64,000 nucleotides of DNA from an uncultured Enterobacteriaceae bacterium (GCA_964495015.1 CAZBUD010000016.1:3491-67490), one strand, 5' to 3'. Positions 9,695 through 18,852 are shown, numbered from the stretch's first letter. Notes: generated by a model from the letters alone, not told the origin. Made by a program: numbers and translations.

Positions 9695-10173
9695 ATGCGC
9701 GTCATTATGGGACTCGGAAATCCTGGCGGGCGCTACGAAAAGACCCGTCACAATGCAGGCTTTCGGATGATTGATAAACTCGCAATACGTTTGGGGGGGG
9801 GTCCAGCTTTCACAATACGAATGGTCTTCTCGGCTGGGACGGGGAACACGTTTGTCTTATACAGCCACAGACATATATGAATAGAAGCGGCGAAGCTGCT
9901 GCCTGCTTGTGCGAAATATACCAAGTGCAGCGAACAGATTTTGTTGTGGGATGTGACGATTTGAATCTCCCGCTGGGCCGTCTCCGCATTAAGCGGACGG
10001 GTGGTTCTGGGGGACATGATGGAATTGCGTCGATTATGGCGGTCCTGGCAGGCTCGGACTTTGCTCGGATAAAGATCGGAATTGGTCGCCGGCCAGCTAG
10101 GCTCGATCCAGCCGATTTTGTTCTCCAGCCCTTTACTCGGGACGAAGAAGCCTTTACTCTCCCGGCGGCGTAA
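9695..10173 (+). CDS. pth: Peptidyl-tRNA hydrolase, interrupted by a frameshift in a G9 homopolymer (9793-9801)
   Basis: ORF 9695-9880 gives [36 protein letters not shown], then loses Pth similarity. In the -1 frame the same DNA reads [33 protein letters not shown]..., running into ORF 9877-10173 ([29 protein letters not shown] ... IGIGRRP). Together they make a complete Pth. The junction is the run ttGGGGGGGGGtcc. Confidence 0.75.
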
Positions 10174-10355
10174 CATGCCGTTACTGCGGTTGAGGCCGTT
10201 CTTGCTGAGGGGTTTGATCATGCCATGGCGTTATTTAAGGGCGCCGATAGCGCGAGGCCTGCAAGTCCTGTGCAGGGGGTAGTTTGAAAACCTGGCCTCA
10301 TCCTTTCGGCGTTGTACACTGTACGCGATAAAAGAGAGGCCAATCGGAGGAGTTC

Positions 10356-10847
10356 ATGCCGATTTATGAGACCCTATATATCCTTCACCCGGAACTGTCC
10401 GCAGCTCGGGTGAAGGAAGTTGTCGAAGGAATGCAAAAGACCCTCGAAGAGAGTCAGGCAAAAATGTTATGGGTTGAAGAGTGGGGGTTGCGCAACTTAG
10501 CCTATGACATTCAGAAACAAAAACGCGGATATTATGTGCGCTTCGAATACGATTCTCCTCCTCAGGCCGTCAGAGCCTTGGAACGGGTCTTGCGCTTAAG
10601 CGAAGACGCCATGCGGTTCTTATCCGTTGCGCGCTCTGCACCGTCGGAGGGGCAAGATCCGAAATCTCAGTCACCTAAACCTGCTGAGCCAGCCGCAGCG
10701 GTCGTTCCTAGGTCAGCAGAGAGTGATGCGCCGCAGTCCACTGCCCCAGAAGAAGGGACAGGTGATGCACCCCAAGCTACTACTCCAGAGGGCGAGGCGA
10801 GTGAGCCCCCTTCAGAGGCTTCAGAGGAAAATACAGAAGGACAATGA
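10356..10847 (+). CDS. rpsF: 30S ribosomal protein S6 (with acidic C-terminal extension)
   Basis: MPIYETLYILHPEL ... EEWGLRNLAYDI ... is the S6 fold. RBS GGAGGAG upstream. Ends at TGA. Confidence 0.9.
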   Translation: MPIYETLYILHPELSAARVKEVVEGMQKTLEESQAKMLWVEEWGLRNLAYDIQKQKRGYYVRFEYDSPPQAVRALERVLRLSEDAMRFLSVARSAPSEGQDPKSQSPKPAEPAAAVVPRSAESDAPQSTAPEEGTGDAPQATTPEGEASEPPSEASEENTEGQ

Positions 10848-10863
10848 GACGTGAGTCTTTTGT

Positions 10864-11145
10864 GTGAGGAAAGGATACAATAAGGTCATATTTGCGGGCC
10901 GATTCCATCGGAGTCCGGAATTAACGTTCTCCTTTTTAGTACCGAAGAGTAAAGAGAAAGAAGACGATCTTTTTGTTGACGTTGTGGCTTTTCGGACACT
11001 CGCAGAAGAATATTGTCCAGTATTGATAAATGGGAAAGCCGTTCTTGTGGAAGGAACGTTGGCTCCTTGTCGGTGGAATAAGGTAGAAGGCGTGATACGC
11101 GATCCCTACGAAGTGCGAGTTTCTCTGATTCGGATTATCGAGTGA
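10864..11145 (+). CDS. Short single-stranded-DNA-binding (SSB/PriB-like) OB-fold protein
   Basis: 93 aa, GTG start. YNKVIFAGRF.RSPELTF ... VDVVAFRTLAE ... VLVEGTLAPCRWNKVEGVIRDPYEVRV matches the SSB N-terminal OB-fold pattern. It sits at the canonical rpsF-ssb/priB-rpsR position. Shorter than a typical SSB and lacks a C-terminal tail. Confidence 0.5.
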   Translation: MRKGYNKVIFAGRFHRSPELTFSFLVPKSKEKEDDLFVDVVAFRTLAEEYCPVLINGKAVLVEGTLAPCRWNKVEGVIRDPYEVRVSLIRIIE

Positions 11146-11199
11146 CGAATAAAGCCAATAGAAAAAGATGAACACTGCTGAGCAGTAAAGGGAGTAATT

Positions 11200-11478
11200 A
11201 TGCAAGGACCGCCCAGAGGTAAATTTAACCGGCGCGGCGGGGATGATAGATATCCCCGTCGGCGTATGCGCCGGAAAGTCTGTCGTTTTTGTGTGGATAA
11301 GAAAGATTCCATCGACTTTAAAGAAACTTCTCTACTCGGAGATTTTATTACCGAGCGAGGGAAAATTATCCCGAGCCGTATTACGGGGACGTGTTTTTGG
11401 CATCAAAGGAAACTCACCCTTGCAATTAAACAAGCACGCGCGATTGCGTTGCTGCCCTACGCTGCCGATCAGGTGTGA
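11200..11478 (+). CDS. rpsR: 30S ribosomal protein S18
   Basis: CRFC ... [28 protein letters not shown] ... [12 protein letters not shown] are S18 hallmarks. Confidence 0.9.
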   Translation: MQGPPRGKFNRRGGDDRYPRRRMRRKVCRFCVDKKDSIDFKETSLLGDFITERGKIIPSRITGTCFWHQRKLTLAIKQARAIALLPYAADQV

Positions 11479-11558
11479 TCGAATCCTCTCTGAGCCTATG
11501 TGCACTGTGTAGTATTTAGTTGTGTTTTTACGGACGCTCGCGTAAGGTAAGGACCGGT

Positions 11559-12011
11559 ATGGAGATTATTTTACAAGAAGAGGTGGTGAGTCTCGGGCAG
11601 ATCGGAGATCTGGTCAAGGTGAAGAATGGCTATGCACGGAATTATCTGCTTCCCCGTGGTTTGGCTGTTGTGGCGAACAGACGTAATATTCGTGTCCTGG
11701 ATCATCAAAAGCGTCTTGCTACGGAGAAAAAGGAACGTGTACAAAAGCAGGCAAATGTTTTAACGGCACGGCTTTCGGGTCTCACGATCGCTATTCCTGC
11801 TCGTGCTGGTGAGGGAGAGAAGCTGTTTGGTTCTGTTACGAATATCGATATTGAGAAAGCGCTCACGGCGCAAGGCGTGAGCGTAGATCGTCGGAGAATT
11901 ATCCTTGTTGAGCCCATTAAACAGCTCGGGACCTATGAGGTTCCAGTGCGTTTAAGTGGGGGAGTCCAGGCGAAAGTGACTGTTCAAGTCACGCCGGAAG
12001 ACGCGGCCTGA
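11559..12011 (+). CDS. rplI: 50S ribosomal protein L9
   Basis: Internal ATG at 11559 with SD AAGGTAAGGA upstream. MEIILQEEVVSLGQIGDLVKVKNGYARNYLLPRGLAV is the L9 N-domain. Confidence 0.85.
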   Translation: MEIILQEEVVSLGQIGDLVKVKNGYARNYLLPRGLAVVANRRNIRVLDHQKRLATEKKERVQKQANVLTARLSGLTIAIPARAGEGEKLFGSVTNIDIEKALTAQGVSVDRRRIILVEPIKQLGTYEVPVRLSGGVQAKVTVQVTPEDAA

Positions 12012-12080
12012 CGCTTTTCTTGACATACTATGGGAAAGTTAGTACGCACCAAACGAATATTCGATAGCGGAGCGATTTGC

Positions 12081-12152
12081 AGGCGCGTAGCTCAGTGGGA
12101 GAGCACTTCCTTGACACGGAAGGGGTCGGCGGTTCAATCCCGCCCGTGCCTA
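12081..12152 (+). tRNA. tRNA-Val (anticodon GAC)
   Basis: Acceptor AGGCGCG/CGTGCCT with one G-U pair. D-arm GCTC-AGTGGGA-GAGC. Anticodon stem CTTCC/GGAAG with loop TTGACAC. T-arm GGCGG-TTCAATC-CCGCC. Discriminator A. Confidence 0.75.
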
Positions 12153-12206
12153 TACTGCACAAAGAATTAGAACTAATACACGTCCACGATTCGAAGATAA
12201 ATATAT

Positions 12207-12267
12207 CCATCCGATGCTGAATAGGATGGAAAGAGGCATCAGTAACGGATGCCTCTTTTCTTTTTCG
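12207..12267 (+). terminator. Tandem hairpins; the second is an intrinsic-terminator-like stem (AAGAGGCATC-agtaacg-GATGCCTCTT) plus a U-tract, ending 1 nt before the thrS ATG
   Basis: 12207-12229: CCATCC-N11-GGATGG. 12231-12257: 10-bp GC-containing stem, followed by TTCTTTTTCG. GATGC at 12212-16 could instead pair with GCATC at 12236-40, which would act as an antiterminator. Confidence 0.5.
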
Positions 12268-12268
12268 T

Positions 12269-14206
12269 ATGAGTGAAGCCGCTCAAAATATTCTACCCGA
12301 AGCCCGCGGACAAGCCTCCGCTGACAAGGTCTCCGACAGGGTCGGCAACAATGCAGGCAGCGTGAAACCGCAAGACCTGAGCCGTCGCGTGCCTAAGGCG
12401 ATTGCTGCACGGGTGGATGGAAAAGTAGTTGACTTGTCCTCTCCTCTGATCACCGAGGACGCCGAGCCTATTCTCCCGTCCTCTCCTGAAGGACTCGAAG
12501 TCCTACGCCATTCGACCGCCCATCTGATGGCCCAAGCCGTGAAACGCCTCGTTCCTGCTGTACAGATCACCATTGGGCCTGTTATCAAGAACGGTTTCTA
12601 TTACGATTTTAAACATGACGGTTCGTTTACACCCGAAGATTTAGAACGCATCGAAGCCGAGATGCGAGCTATTGTGAAAGAAAACATCCCGGTCAAGCGA
12701 GAAGAAGTCTCGCGCAATGATGCCGTCCATCTTTTTCGAGAGATGGGGGAGCATTATAAAGCCGAGATTATTGAGGGCATTCCCGGCGACGAAGTTCTTT
12801 CGGTCTACCGCCAAGGTGAGTTCGTTGATCTGTGTCGCGGTCCGCATGTCCCCTCAACCGGGCGACTCCAGGCATTTGAGCTGACGGGCGTAGCCGGTGC
12901 CTATTGGCGTGGAGACGAAAAGAATGAGATGCTGCAGCGTATCTATGGGGCCGCGTTTGCAACACCGAAAGAGCTGCGCCAACACCTTGCCTTACTTGAG
13001 GAAGCCAAGAGGCGTGACCATCGCCGTTTGGGGAAAGACCTCGACCTCTTCAGCTTTAACCCCGTTGCGCCGGGGAGTCCATTTTTTCATCCCAAAGGGA
13101 CCCTGATCTACAATGAGCTCGTTGCGTATATACGCAGCCTCTATCAGCGCTACGGCTATCAAGAGGTCATCACCCCACAGATTTTTGATGTGGATCTGTG
13201 GCACCGCTCCGGACATTACGATAACTACAAAGAGAATATCTATTTTACTGAGGTCGAAGGACGGGACTTTGGTGTGAAGCCGATGAATTGTCCCGGCCAT
13301 ACGTATATTTATGCGGCCAAGAAGCGCTCGTATAGGGACCTCCCGCTGCGCTATGCCGACTTTGCCCGGTTGCACCGCTTTGAACGCTCTGGGGTGTTAT
13401 CGGGGCTTACGCGGGTACGCTCTTTTGCTCAAGACGATGCCCACATCTTTTGCGCTCCGGAGCAAATCGAGAGTGAAGTGGGCGCGGTCTTGCGCATGAT
13501 TAATGAGGTCTACCGAACGTTCGGTTTCGAAGAGGTTCATTTTTATCTCTCAACGCGTCCGGAGAAGCGTTTGGGAGACGATGCTACCTGGGATCGAGCT
13601 GAAGCGGCTCTTTCCTCTGCGTTAAAAGCAAATGATGTTACCTTTGAGGTCAATGAGGCTGACGGTGCGTTTTACGGCCCCAAAATAGACTTTATTGTAC
13701 TTGATGCCTTACGCCGGGAATGGCAACTGGCCACAATCCAGCTTGACTTCATGCTTCCCGAGCGTTTTGATCTGACCTATGTCACGGCCCAAGGCGAAGA
13801 AGCACGACCGGTGATGATTCATCGTGCTGTGTTAGGGTCTATAGAACGTTTTATGGGCGTCCTCATCGAACACTGTGGTGGCGATTTCCCGCTGTGGTTG
13901 GCTCCCGTTCAGGCGAAGATCGTCACGGTGACTGATAATCAAGATACATACGCTCGATCCGTTGAGGAGCGGCTTCGACAGGCCGGAATTCGCTGCGAAC
14001 TCGACCTACGGAATGAAAAGCTCGGGTATAAAATCCGTGGAGCGGAAATGCAGAAGATACCGTATATAGTCGTGATTGGGGACAAAGAGGTTCAAGCCGG
14101 TACGGTTGCCCCACGGGCGCGGAAACGAGAGAAGATCGCTCCGCTCCTCGTTGAGGCATTTATCCAGCGCTTGAGCCATGAACGTGTCCCGGGAGGTGCA
14201 CCATAG
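12269..14206 (+). CDS. thrS: Threonyl-tRNA synthetase
   Basis: 645 aa. Motifs HSTAHLMAQAV, GPVIKNGFYYDF, CRGPHVPSTG, class II motifs, and the RDHRRLGKDLDLF block. Start uncertain: there is no SD and a terminator lies directly upstream. Confidence 0.85.
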   Translation: MSEAAQNILPEARGQASADKVSDRVGNNAGSVKPQDLSRRVPKAIAARVDGKVVDLSSPLITEDAEPILPSSPEGLEVLRHSTAHLMAQAVKRLVPAVQITIGPVIKNGFYYDFKHDGSFTPEDLERIEAEMRAIVKENIPVKREEVSRNDAVHLFREMGEHYKAEIIEGIPGDEVLSVYRQGEFVDLCRGPHVPSTGRLQAFELTGVAGAYWRGDEKNEMLQRIYGAAFATPKELRQHLALLEEAKRRDHRRLGKDLDLFSFNPVAPGSPFFHPKGTLIYNELVAYIRSLYQRYGYQEVITPQIFDVDLWHRSGHYDNYKENIYFTEVEGRDFGVKPMNCPGHTYIYAAKKRSYRDLPLRYADFARLHRFERSGVLSGLTRVRSFAQDDAHIFCAPEQIESEVGAVLRMINEVYRTFGFEEVHFYLSTRPEKRLGDDATWDRAEAALSSALKANDVTFEVNEADGAFYGPKIDFIVLDALRREWQLATIQLDFMLPERFDLTYVTAQGEEARPVMIHRAVLGSIERFMGVLIEHCGGDFPLWLAPVQAKIVTVTDNQDTYARSVEERLRQAGIRCELDLRNEKLGYKIRGAEMQKIPYIVVIGDKEVQAGTVAPRARKREKIAPLLVEAFIQRLSHERVPGGAP

Positions 14207-14718
14207 CTAGAGAAGCGGGAGTTCGAATTAACCAGCAGATTCGCGCTCGTGAGGTGCGGGTTATCGACGCTGATGGCGAGCAGGTCGGTATTCAGCCGCT
14301 TGGCGAGGCATTCCGAACAGCGATCAGCCAAGACCTCGATCTGGTGGAAATTGCAGCGAAGTCCTCTCCCCCTGTCTGCCGAATCATGGATTATGGCAAG
14401 TATCGCTACTTGCAGAAAAAGAAGGTTCAGGAGTCTAAGAAGCATCAGACCCAAGTGCTGGTGAAGGAAGTCAAGTTAGGCTCGCGCACCAGCGAACATG
14501 ATGTGGGCTTCAAGATTAACCATATTCGTCGGTTTATTGAGAAAAAGCACCGGGTAAAAGTCTCGGTCTTTTTTCGGGGACGAGAAATTACCCATCCAGA
14601 GATTGGGAAAGAGCTGCTCAACCGTGTATATGAAAAAGTAGAAGATGTCGCATCCCTTGAGACGCCACAGCCTCGCATGGAAGGGCGAAATATGTCAATA
14701 CTTGTTGTTCCGAGGTAA
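14203..14718 (+). CDS. infC: Translation initiation factor IF-3, probably using a non-AUG start (ATA 14203 or ATT 14227) that overlaps the thrS stop
   Basis: The frame is open from 14182. It encodes [24 protein letters not shown] upstream of the listed GTG, matching the IF3 N-terminus RINGEIRAQEVRL. SD GGGAGGTG at 14191-98, 5 nt before ATA. The remainder ([14 protein letters not shown] ... [12 protein letters not shown] ... MEGRNMSIL) is canonical IF3. Confidence 0.8.
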   Translation: MAREAGVRINQQIRAREVRVIDADGEQVGIQPLGEAFRTAISQDLDLVEIAAKSSPPVCRIMDYGKYRYLQKKKVQESKKHQTQVLVKEVKLGSRTSEHDVGFKINHIRRFIEKKHRVKVSVFFRGREITHPEIGKELLNRVYEKVEDVASLETPQPRMEGRNMSILVVPR

Positions 14719-14720
14719 CT

Positions 14721-14918
14721 ATGCCAAAGATTAAAACGCGCCGTGGAGCGGCGAAACGTTTCAAGATCACGGGAACGGGGAAAGTGCGCCGTCGGCGTGC
14801 ATATCTCCGTCATCAACTATCGGCAAAAACACGGAAGCAGAAACGGAATCTGGATCAACCAGCGCTCGTGGCAGCTGTTGATGTAAAGGCGATCAAAAAG
14901 CTGATTCCTTACCTGTAG
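14721..14918 (+). CDS. rpmI: 50S ribosomal protein L35
   Basis: [27 protein letters not shown]. Starts 2 nt after the infC stop. Confidence 0.9.
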   Translation: MPKIKTRRGAAKRFKITGTGKVRRRRAYLRHQLSAKTRKQKRNLDQPALVAAVDVKAIKKLIPYL

Positions 14919-14939
14919 AGACGGAGAGGAGAAGGATAT

Positions 14940-15299
14940 ATGCCACGGGCAAAACGCGGCTTCAAGGCACGGCGACGCAGAAAGCGCATTCTGAAATTGG
15001 CCAAAGGGTTTACGGGCGGGCGTCGACGCCTGTACCGCCAGGCGCGAGAAACTGTAGAGCGCGGCCTGGTCTATGCATACCGGGATAGGCGCAATAAAAA
15101 GCGTGATTTTCGGCGCTTGTGGAACGTTCGTATTAATGCTGCTGCGCGACTGAACGGTCTCAATTATAGTCGCTTAATCCATGGCCTGTCCCAGGCGAAT
15201 GTCGAGATTGATCGCAAAATACTCGCGGCACTGGCTATGGAAGATCCTGCAGCTTTTGCTGCGGTCACTGAGCTTGCCAAGCGGCGTCTGGCTGCGTAA
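14940..15299 (+). CDS. rplT: 50S ribosomal protein L20
   Basis: [24 protein letters not shown] ... [23 protein letters not shown] upstream. Confidence 0.9.
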   Translation: MPRAKRGFKARRRRKRILKLAKGFTGGRRRLYRQARETVERGLVYAYRDRRNKKRDFRRLWNVRINAAARLNGLNYSRLIHGLSQANVEIDRKILAALAMEDPAAFAAVTELAKRRLAA

Positions 15300-15304
15300 T
15301 GGGG

Positions 15305-15334
15305 TCAGGGACTCAGCGTAGACTGAGTCCCTGA
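15305..15334. terminator. 12-bp perfect inverted repeat (TCAGGGACTCAG-cgtaga-CTGAGTCCCTGA) between convergent rplT and pheT
   Basis: The hairpin starts 6 nt after the rplT TAA. It overlaps the last codons and the stop of pheT on the opposite strand. No flanking U-tract on either strand. Confidence 0.4.
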
Positions 15335-17691
15335 GACTTCAGAAAATTAATATATTCCTGCTGGAACGCTTCTATTTGTTCGCTTGTGAGCGTGCTGTCT
15401 TTCGATTCAATCCAATAGCGGAAGGTGTAGCTGCCCATTCCTTCTGCTAGCCCTTTCCCTTTATACAGTGTGGTAAACTCTCTCCTCTTCAGAAAGGGAT
15501 GGGAGAATGTGTCGAGTATGTGGTTCAACTCGACAAATCCTGATTCTGCGTTTGCAACAATCGAGAAATCGAACCAGGAGCCAGGATATCGGGAGGCCGC
15601 CTGATATCTCGTTTCGGGGAAGATGGGTCCTTCGAGTGCGTCAAAATTCAGCTCGAACCAGACCACTTGGGATTTGGATGCAATTTCAGACAGCAGCCGG
15701 TCAGACAAGAATCCAAGGCCGCCGATGACGGTATTATCCAGCTGTATGTCGATAAAGCAGCCTGGGGTTTGCCACGGCGCTGTCTCGTGCGTGCCGGGCT
15801 CAAACGCCAACCTGCCCACATTTAACTGCGCGGCGAGGGCTTCAAGAGCGCCTTTTATTGAGCGGAAGTGCTCCTCCAAGTCAGTGCTTCGATCGTTTTG
15901 AAAACTGACTCCTGACAAGAAGTTGTACTCTTTCCGCTGTCGTTCCCCCAGCGGCAGATAGACTCGGCCCAGTTCAAATATGCGGAAGTGGTCGCGTAGG
16001 ACGGCGTTCTTTTTGGTCACTGCAAGGATATTAGGGAGAAGCGTGGTCTGGAGGCGGATATTGTGTTCTGCACTGGAATTAGCCATTTCCAGCGCTGCCT
16101 GAGGTTCGTAGCCAATAGTTTTGAGCCAGGTTTCGTCGAACCAACTGTAATTATGGATCTCTGAGAAACCATAGGCTTGGGCTAAGAGGCGTCGGGCTTT
16201 ATGTTCCGTACGGAGCTGGTCATTAAAGGCGATGGTTTTAACGGAAAAATCCGGCATCTTTGGCTCCAAATTGTCATAGCCGTTGATGCGGGTGATTTCC
16301 TCGAGAATATCGACTGGCAGCGAGATATCCTTCTCGCTCCGGAACGGCGGAATCCCGACTTTGAGCACACCTCCGGTAACCTCAGCTTCGAAACCGAGCG
16401 CGCTGAGGATGGTTGTGATCTTCTTCGGGGCAATGGGATTGCCGATGCGTCGGTCAAAAAAGATGGTCGGAATTTCAAGTCTTCGCACGTCCCCTTTGAG
16501 CTCTCCAGCAGAGGTGAAACGAGAACGCACTTCGGGTTGCATGCCGGCTTTTTGCAAGAGGTGCAGAAAACGTTCCGTGGCAATTTTTGTATTGATAGGA
16601 GGCTGTTGTTTCTCGAAACGTTGACTCGCGTCGGTGCGAATGCCCAAACGGGTGGCCGTGCGTCGAATGCGGGCATCTTTGAAATTTGCGCTCTCAAGGA
16701 GGAGGATAGTAGTATGCTCACTCACTTCGCTGTTGAGCCCACCCATAATGCCCGCCAAGGCAACTGGTTCCTGCTTATTCCAGATCATGAGATCTTCTGG
16801 GACCATCTTTCGTTCCTGGCCGTCTAGCGTTGTAAAATTGCCAAGAGTGCCGAACGGAGCCACGCGTACAGCACGCAGCAGGCCGCCATCGAATGCGTGC
16901 ATGGGCTGCCCAAGTTCCAGCATGACGTAATTGGTGAGATCAACAAGAATATTAAAGGTGCGTTGTCCAAGGGCATGCAAGCGGTACTGAATGTTCAGTG
17001 GGGAGGGAGCGGCAGTCAGGCCTGCCATCTCCGCACAGGAGTAGCAGGGACAATCCTCCGGGTCGTCAATCGTCAGCGGATAGGGCGGTAAGTCATCATA
17101 TGCGGACAAATCTGCTCGTTCGAGCGGGCGTAGCGGGCGTTCAAAAATTGCAGCGAGCTCTCGAGCAAAACCATAATGTCCCCAGAGGTCGGGGCGATGT
17201 GTCAGGCTTTTGTTATCGATTTCCAGAAGCGAGTCCGAGGGCGGAATCAGATTCGCAAGGGCAACCCCGTCTTCAAGAGACTCAGGCAGCTCGATAATGC
17301 CGAAATGGCCGCCACCCATTCCTATTTCATCCGAAGAGCACAAGATGCCTTGGCTGAGGTGCCTGCCCATCCGCTTCTCTGCGATAACGTGTCCCCCGGC
17401 AATGCGGACTCCGGCTGGGGCAAAAGCGGTTTTCATACCGACTCGAACATTGGGAGCATCGCAGACCGTAGTAAACTGATCGGCACCACATTGGACGTGT
17501 ACGAAGGTCTGCGACCCATTGAGTGGCTCAACAAACATGACACTGCCGATCCGGACGCCGTCCAGCGCGCGAACCAGTGTTTCCACGTCTTCTACCTCCG
17601 CCGTGGCCATAGTGAGACGATTCGCGACCGTCTCAGGGGAGACATCAGAGAAGTCCACATACTGGGATATCCAGTCGAGAGATATTTTCAT
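15313..17691 (-). CDS. pheT: Phenylalanyl-tRNA synthetase beta subunit
   Basis: 792 aa with the full PheT domain set (N-terminal tRNA-binding, B3/B4, B5 and C-terminal anticodon-binding-like region). Ends at TGA. Confidence 0.9.
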   Translation of the reverse strand: MKISLDWISQYVDFSDVSPETVANRLTMATAEVEDVETLVRALDGVRIGSVMFVEPLNGSQTFVHVQCGADQFTTVCDAPNVRVGMKTAFAPAGVRIAGGHVIAEKRMGRHLSQGILCSSDEIGMGGGHFGIIELPESLEDGVALANLIPPSDSLLEIDNKSLTHRPDLWGHYGFARELAAIFERPLRPLERADLSAYDDLPPYPLTIDDPEDCPCYSCAEMAGLTAAPSPLNIQYRLHALGQRTFNILVDLTNYVMLELGQPMHAFDGGLLRAVRVAPFGTLGNFTTLDGQERKMVPEDLMIWNKQEPVALAGIMGGLNSEVSEHTTILLLESANFKDARIRRTATRLGIRTDASQRFEKQQPPINTKIATERFLHLLQKAGMQPEVRSRFTSAGELKGDVRRLEIPTIFFDRRIGNPIAPKKITTILSALGFEAEVTGGVLKVGIPPFRSEKDISLPVDILEEITRINGYDNLEPKMPDFSVKTIAFNDQLRTEHKARRLLAQAYGFSEIHNYSWFDETWLKTIGYEPQAALEMANSSAEHNIRLQTTLLPNILAVTKKNAVLRDHFRIFELGRVYLPLGERQRKEYNFLSGVSFQNDRSTDLEEHFRSIKGALEALAAQLNVGRLAFEPGTHETAPWQTPGCFIDIQLDNTVIGGLGFLSDRLLSEIASKSQVVWFELNFDALEGPIFPETRYQAASRYPGSWFDFSIVANAESGFVELNHILDTFSHPFLKRREFTTLYKGKGLAEGMGSYTFRYWIESKDSTLTSEQIEAFQQEYINFLKSQGLSLR

Positions 17692-17704
17692 CGGCCACTC
17701 CTAC

Positions 17705-18718
17705 TCAGACGGATGCTGGAAACTGCTCACAGAAACGGAGATCCCCCGAGTTTAGCAGCCGAATGTCCGGAATGTTGTATTTCATCATAGCGAGCCGTGT
17801 TAGCCCCAGGCCAAATGCAAACCCACTAAATTCATTCGGGTCCAGCTTGCCGAATTCTAGCACCTTGGGGTGCACCAGACCGCATGGCAACAACTCGATC
17901 CAGCCGGACTTTTTGCAGGTTGAACATCCCTTGCCACCGCAGATCAGACATTGAATGTCTAATTCGAACCCCGGCTCGACAAAGGGGAAATATCCCGGGC
18001 GTAATCGGACAGTGACTTCTCGGTGGAAGACTGCAGTCAATAACGTATGCATGACGGCAATCAAATTTGCGACGGAGATTTCCTCGTCTACCATTAGGCC
18101 TTCAAGTTGGTAGAAGGTATTCTCATGACTCGCATCAATAGCTTCGTTACGAAAGCAGCGGCCGGGAAAGATCGCTCGAATTGGCGCGCCATAGTGCTCC
18201 AACGCGCGAACTTGATTGGGAGAAGTGTGGGTGCGTAGCAGCAGGCCGTTTTTGAGCCAGTACGTATCCTGCATATCCCGGGCAGGATGGTCACTGGGAA
18301 TGTTGAGGCTCTCGAAGTTATAATAGTCCGTCTCAACGTGGTAGCCGCTCAGGATCATAAAACCCATAGACTGAAAGATCTCTTCCAGTTCCATTTGGAC
18401 AAGAGAAATTGGGTGCAGATGGCCGATGTTGTTATTGAGACCAGGCAGGGTCATATCGATAACCGCCTTCGGTCGTGACGTACTCTGTTGTTGAGCGATT
18501 GCATCCTGAATTTGCTGTTCAGCAAAATTCTTGAGTTCGTTGAACTGCTGTCCAAAATGTTTCTTTTCATCTGGTGACATGACGGAGAAGTCAGCATTTT
18601 TTCGGAGTAGTGTGATCGTTCCTTTACGGCCGAGATAACGGATACGAATTTCCTCAAGCTCTTGATCCGTGGTGGCGGCAGCAAGGTCTTTGCTCAACTG
18701 AGCATGGATGTCCTGCAA
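17705..18718 (-). CDS. pheS: Phenylalanyl-tRNA synthetase alpha subunit
   Basis: 337 aa. Class II motifs HPARDMQDTYW, FPGRCFRNE and GFAFGLGLTRLAMM. Lies 13 nt upstream of pheT. Confidence 0.9.
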   Translation of the reverse strand: MQDIHAQLSKDLAAATTDQELEEIRIRYLGRKGTITLLRKNADFSVMSPDEKKHFGQQFNELKNFAEQQIQDAIAQQQSTSRPKAVIDMTLPGLNNNIGHLHPISLVQMELEEIFQSMGFMILSGYHVETDYYNFESLNIPSDHPARDMQDTYWLKNGLLLRTHTSPNQVRALEHYGAPIRAIFPGRCFRNEAIDASHENTFYQLEGLMVDEEISVANLIAVMHTLLTAVFHREVTVRLRPGYFPFVEPGFELDIQCLICGGKGCSTCKKSGWIELLPCGLVHPKVLEFGKLDPNEFSGFAFGLGLTRLAMMKYNIPDIRLLNSGDLRFCEQFPASV

Positions 18719-18823
18719 GGTCTTTCCTCCATATCGTTATTAGGCCCCTATCCTAGCGTTGGCTGTGTTGTGCGGAAAGCCCTCCCGTGTCGTGCCGGAT
18801 GATCCCGCGCTGGGCGCGCAAAC

Positions 18824-18852
18824 TTGACTTCAAGACTTGGCTCTATTATGTT
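18824..18852 (+). promoter_or_regulatory. Candidate sigma70-type promoter (TTGACT-N17-TATGTT) in the pheS/ihfA divergent region
   Basis: Hexamer match and spacing read by eye. It would give a roughly 200-nt 5' leader for ihfA. Confidence 0.3.

Noticed and set aside
12028-12210. Minus-strand 60-aa ORF
   Set aside because: It overlaps tRNA-Val and is a spurious frame.
12153-12268. T-box riboswitch upstream of thrS
   Set aside because: Only 116 nt. No T-box consensus (AATTAGGGTGGTACCGCG-like) or specifier architecture is visible; only a terminator and a possible antiterminator pairing.
15507-17479. Multiple ORFs of 70-200 aa on both strands inside pheT
   Set aside because: Shadow frames of a GC-rich 792-aa gene. 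The PheT frame is continuous and conserved.
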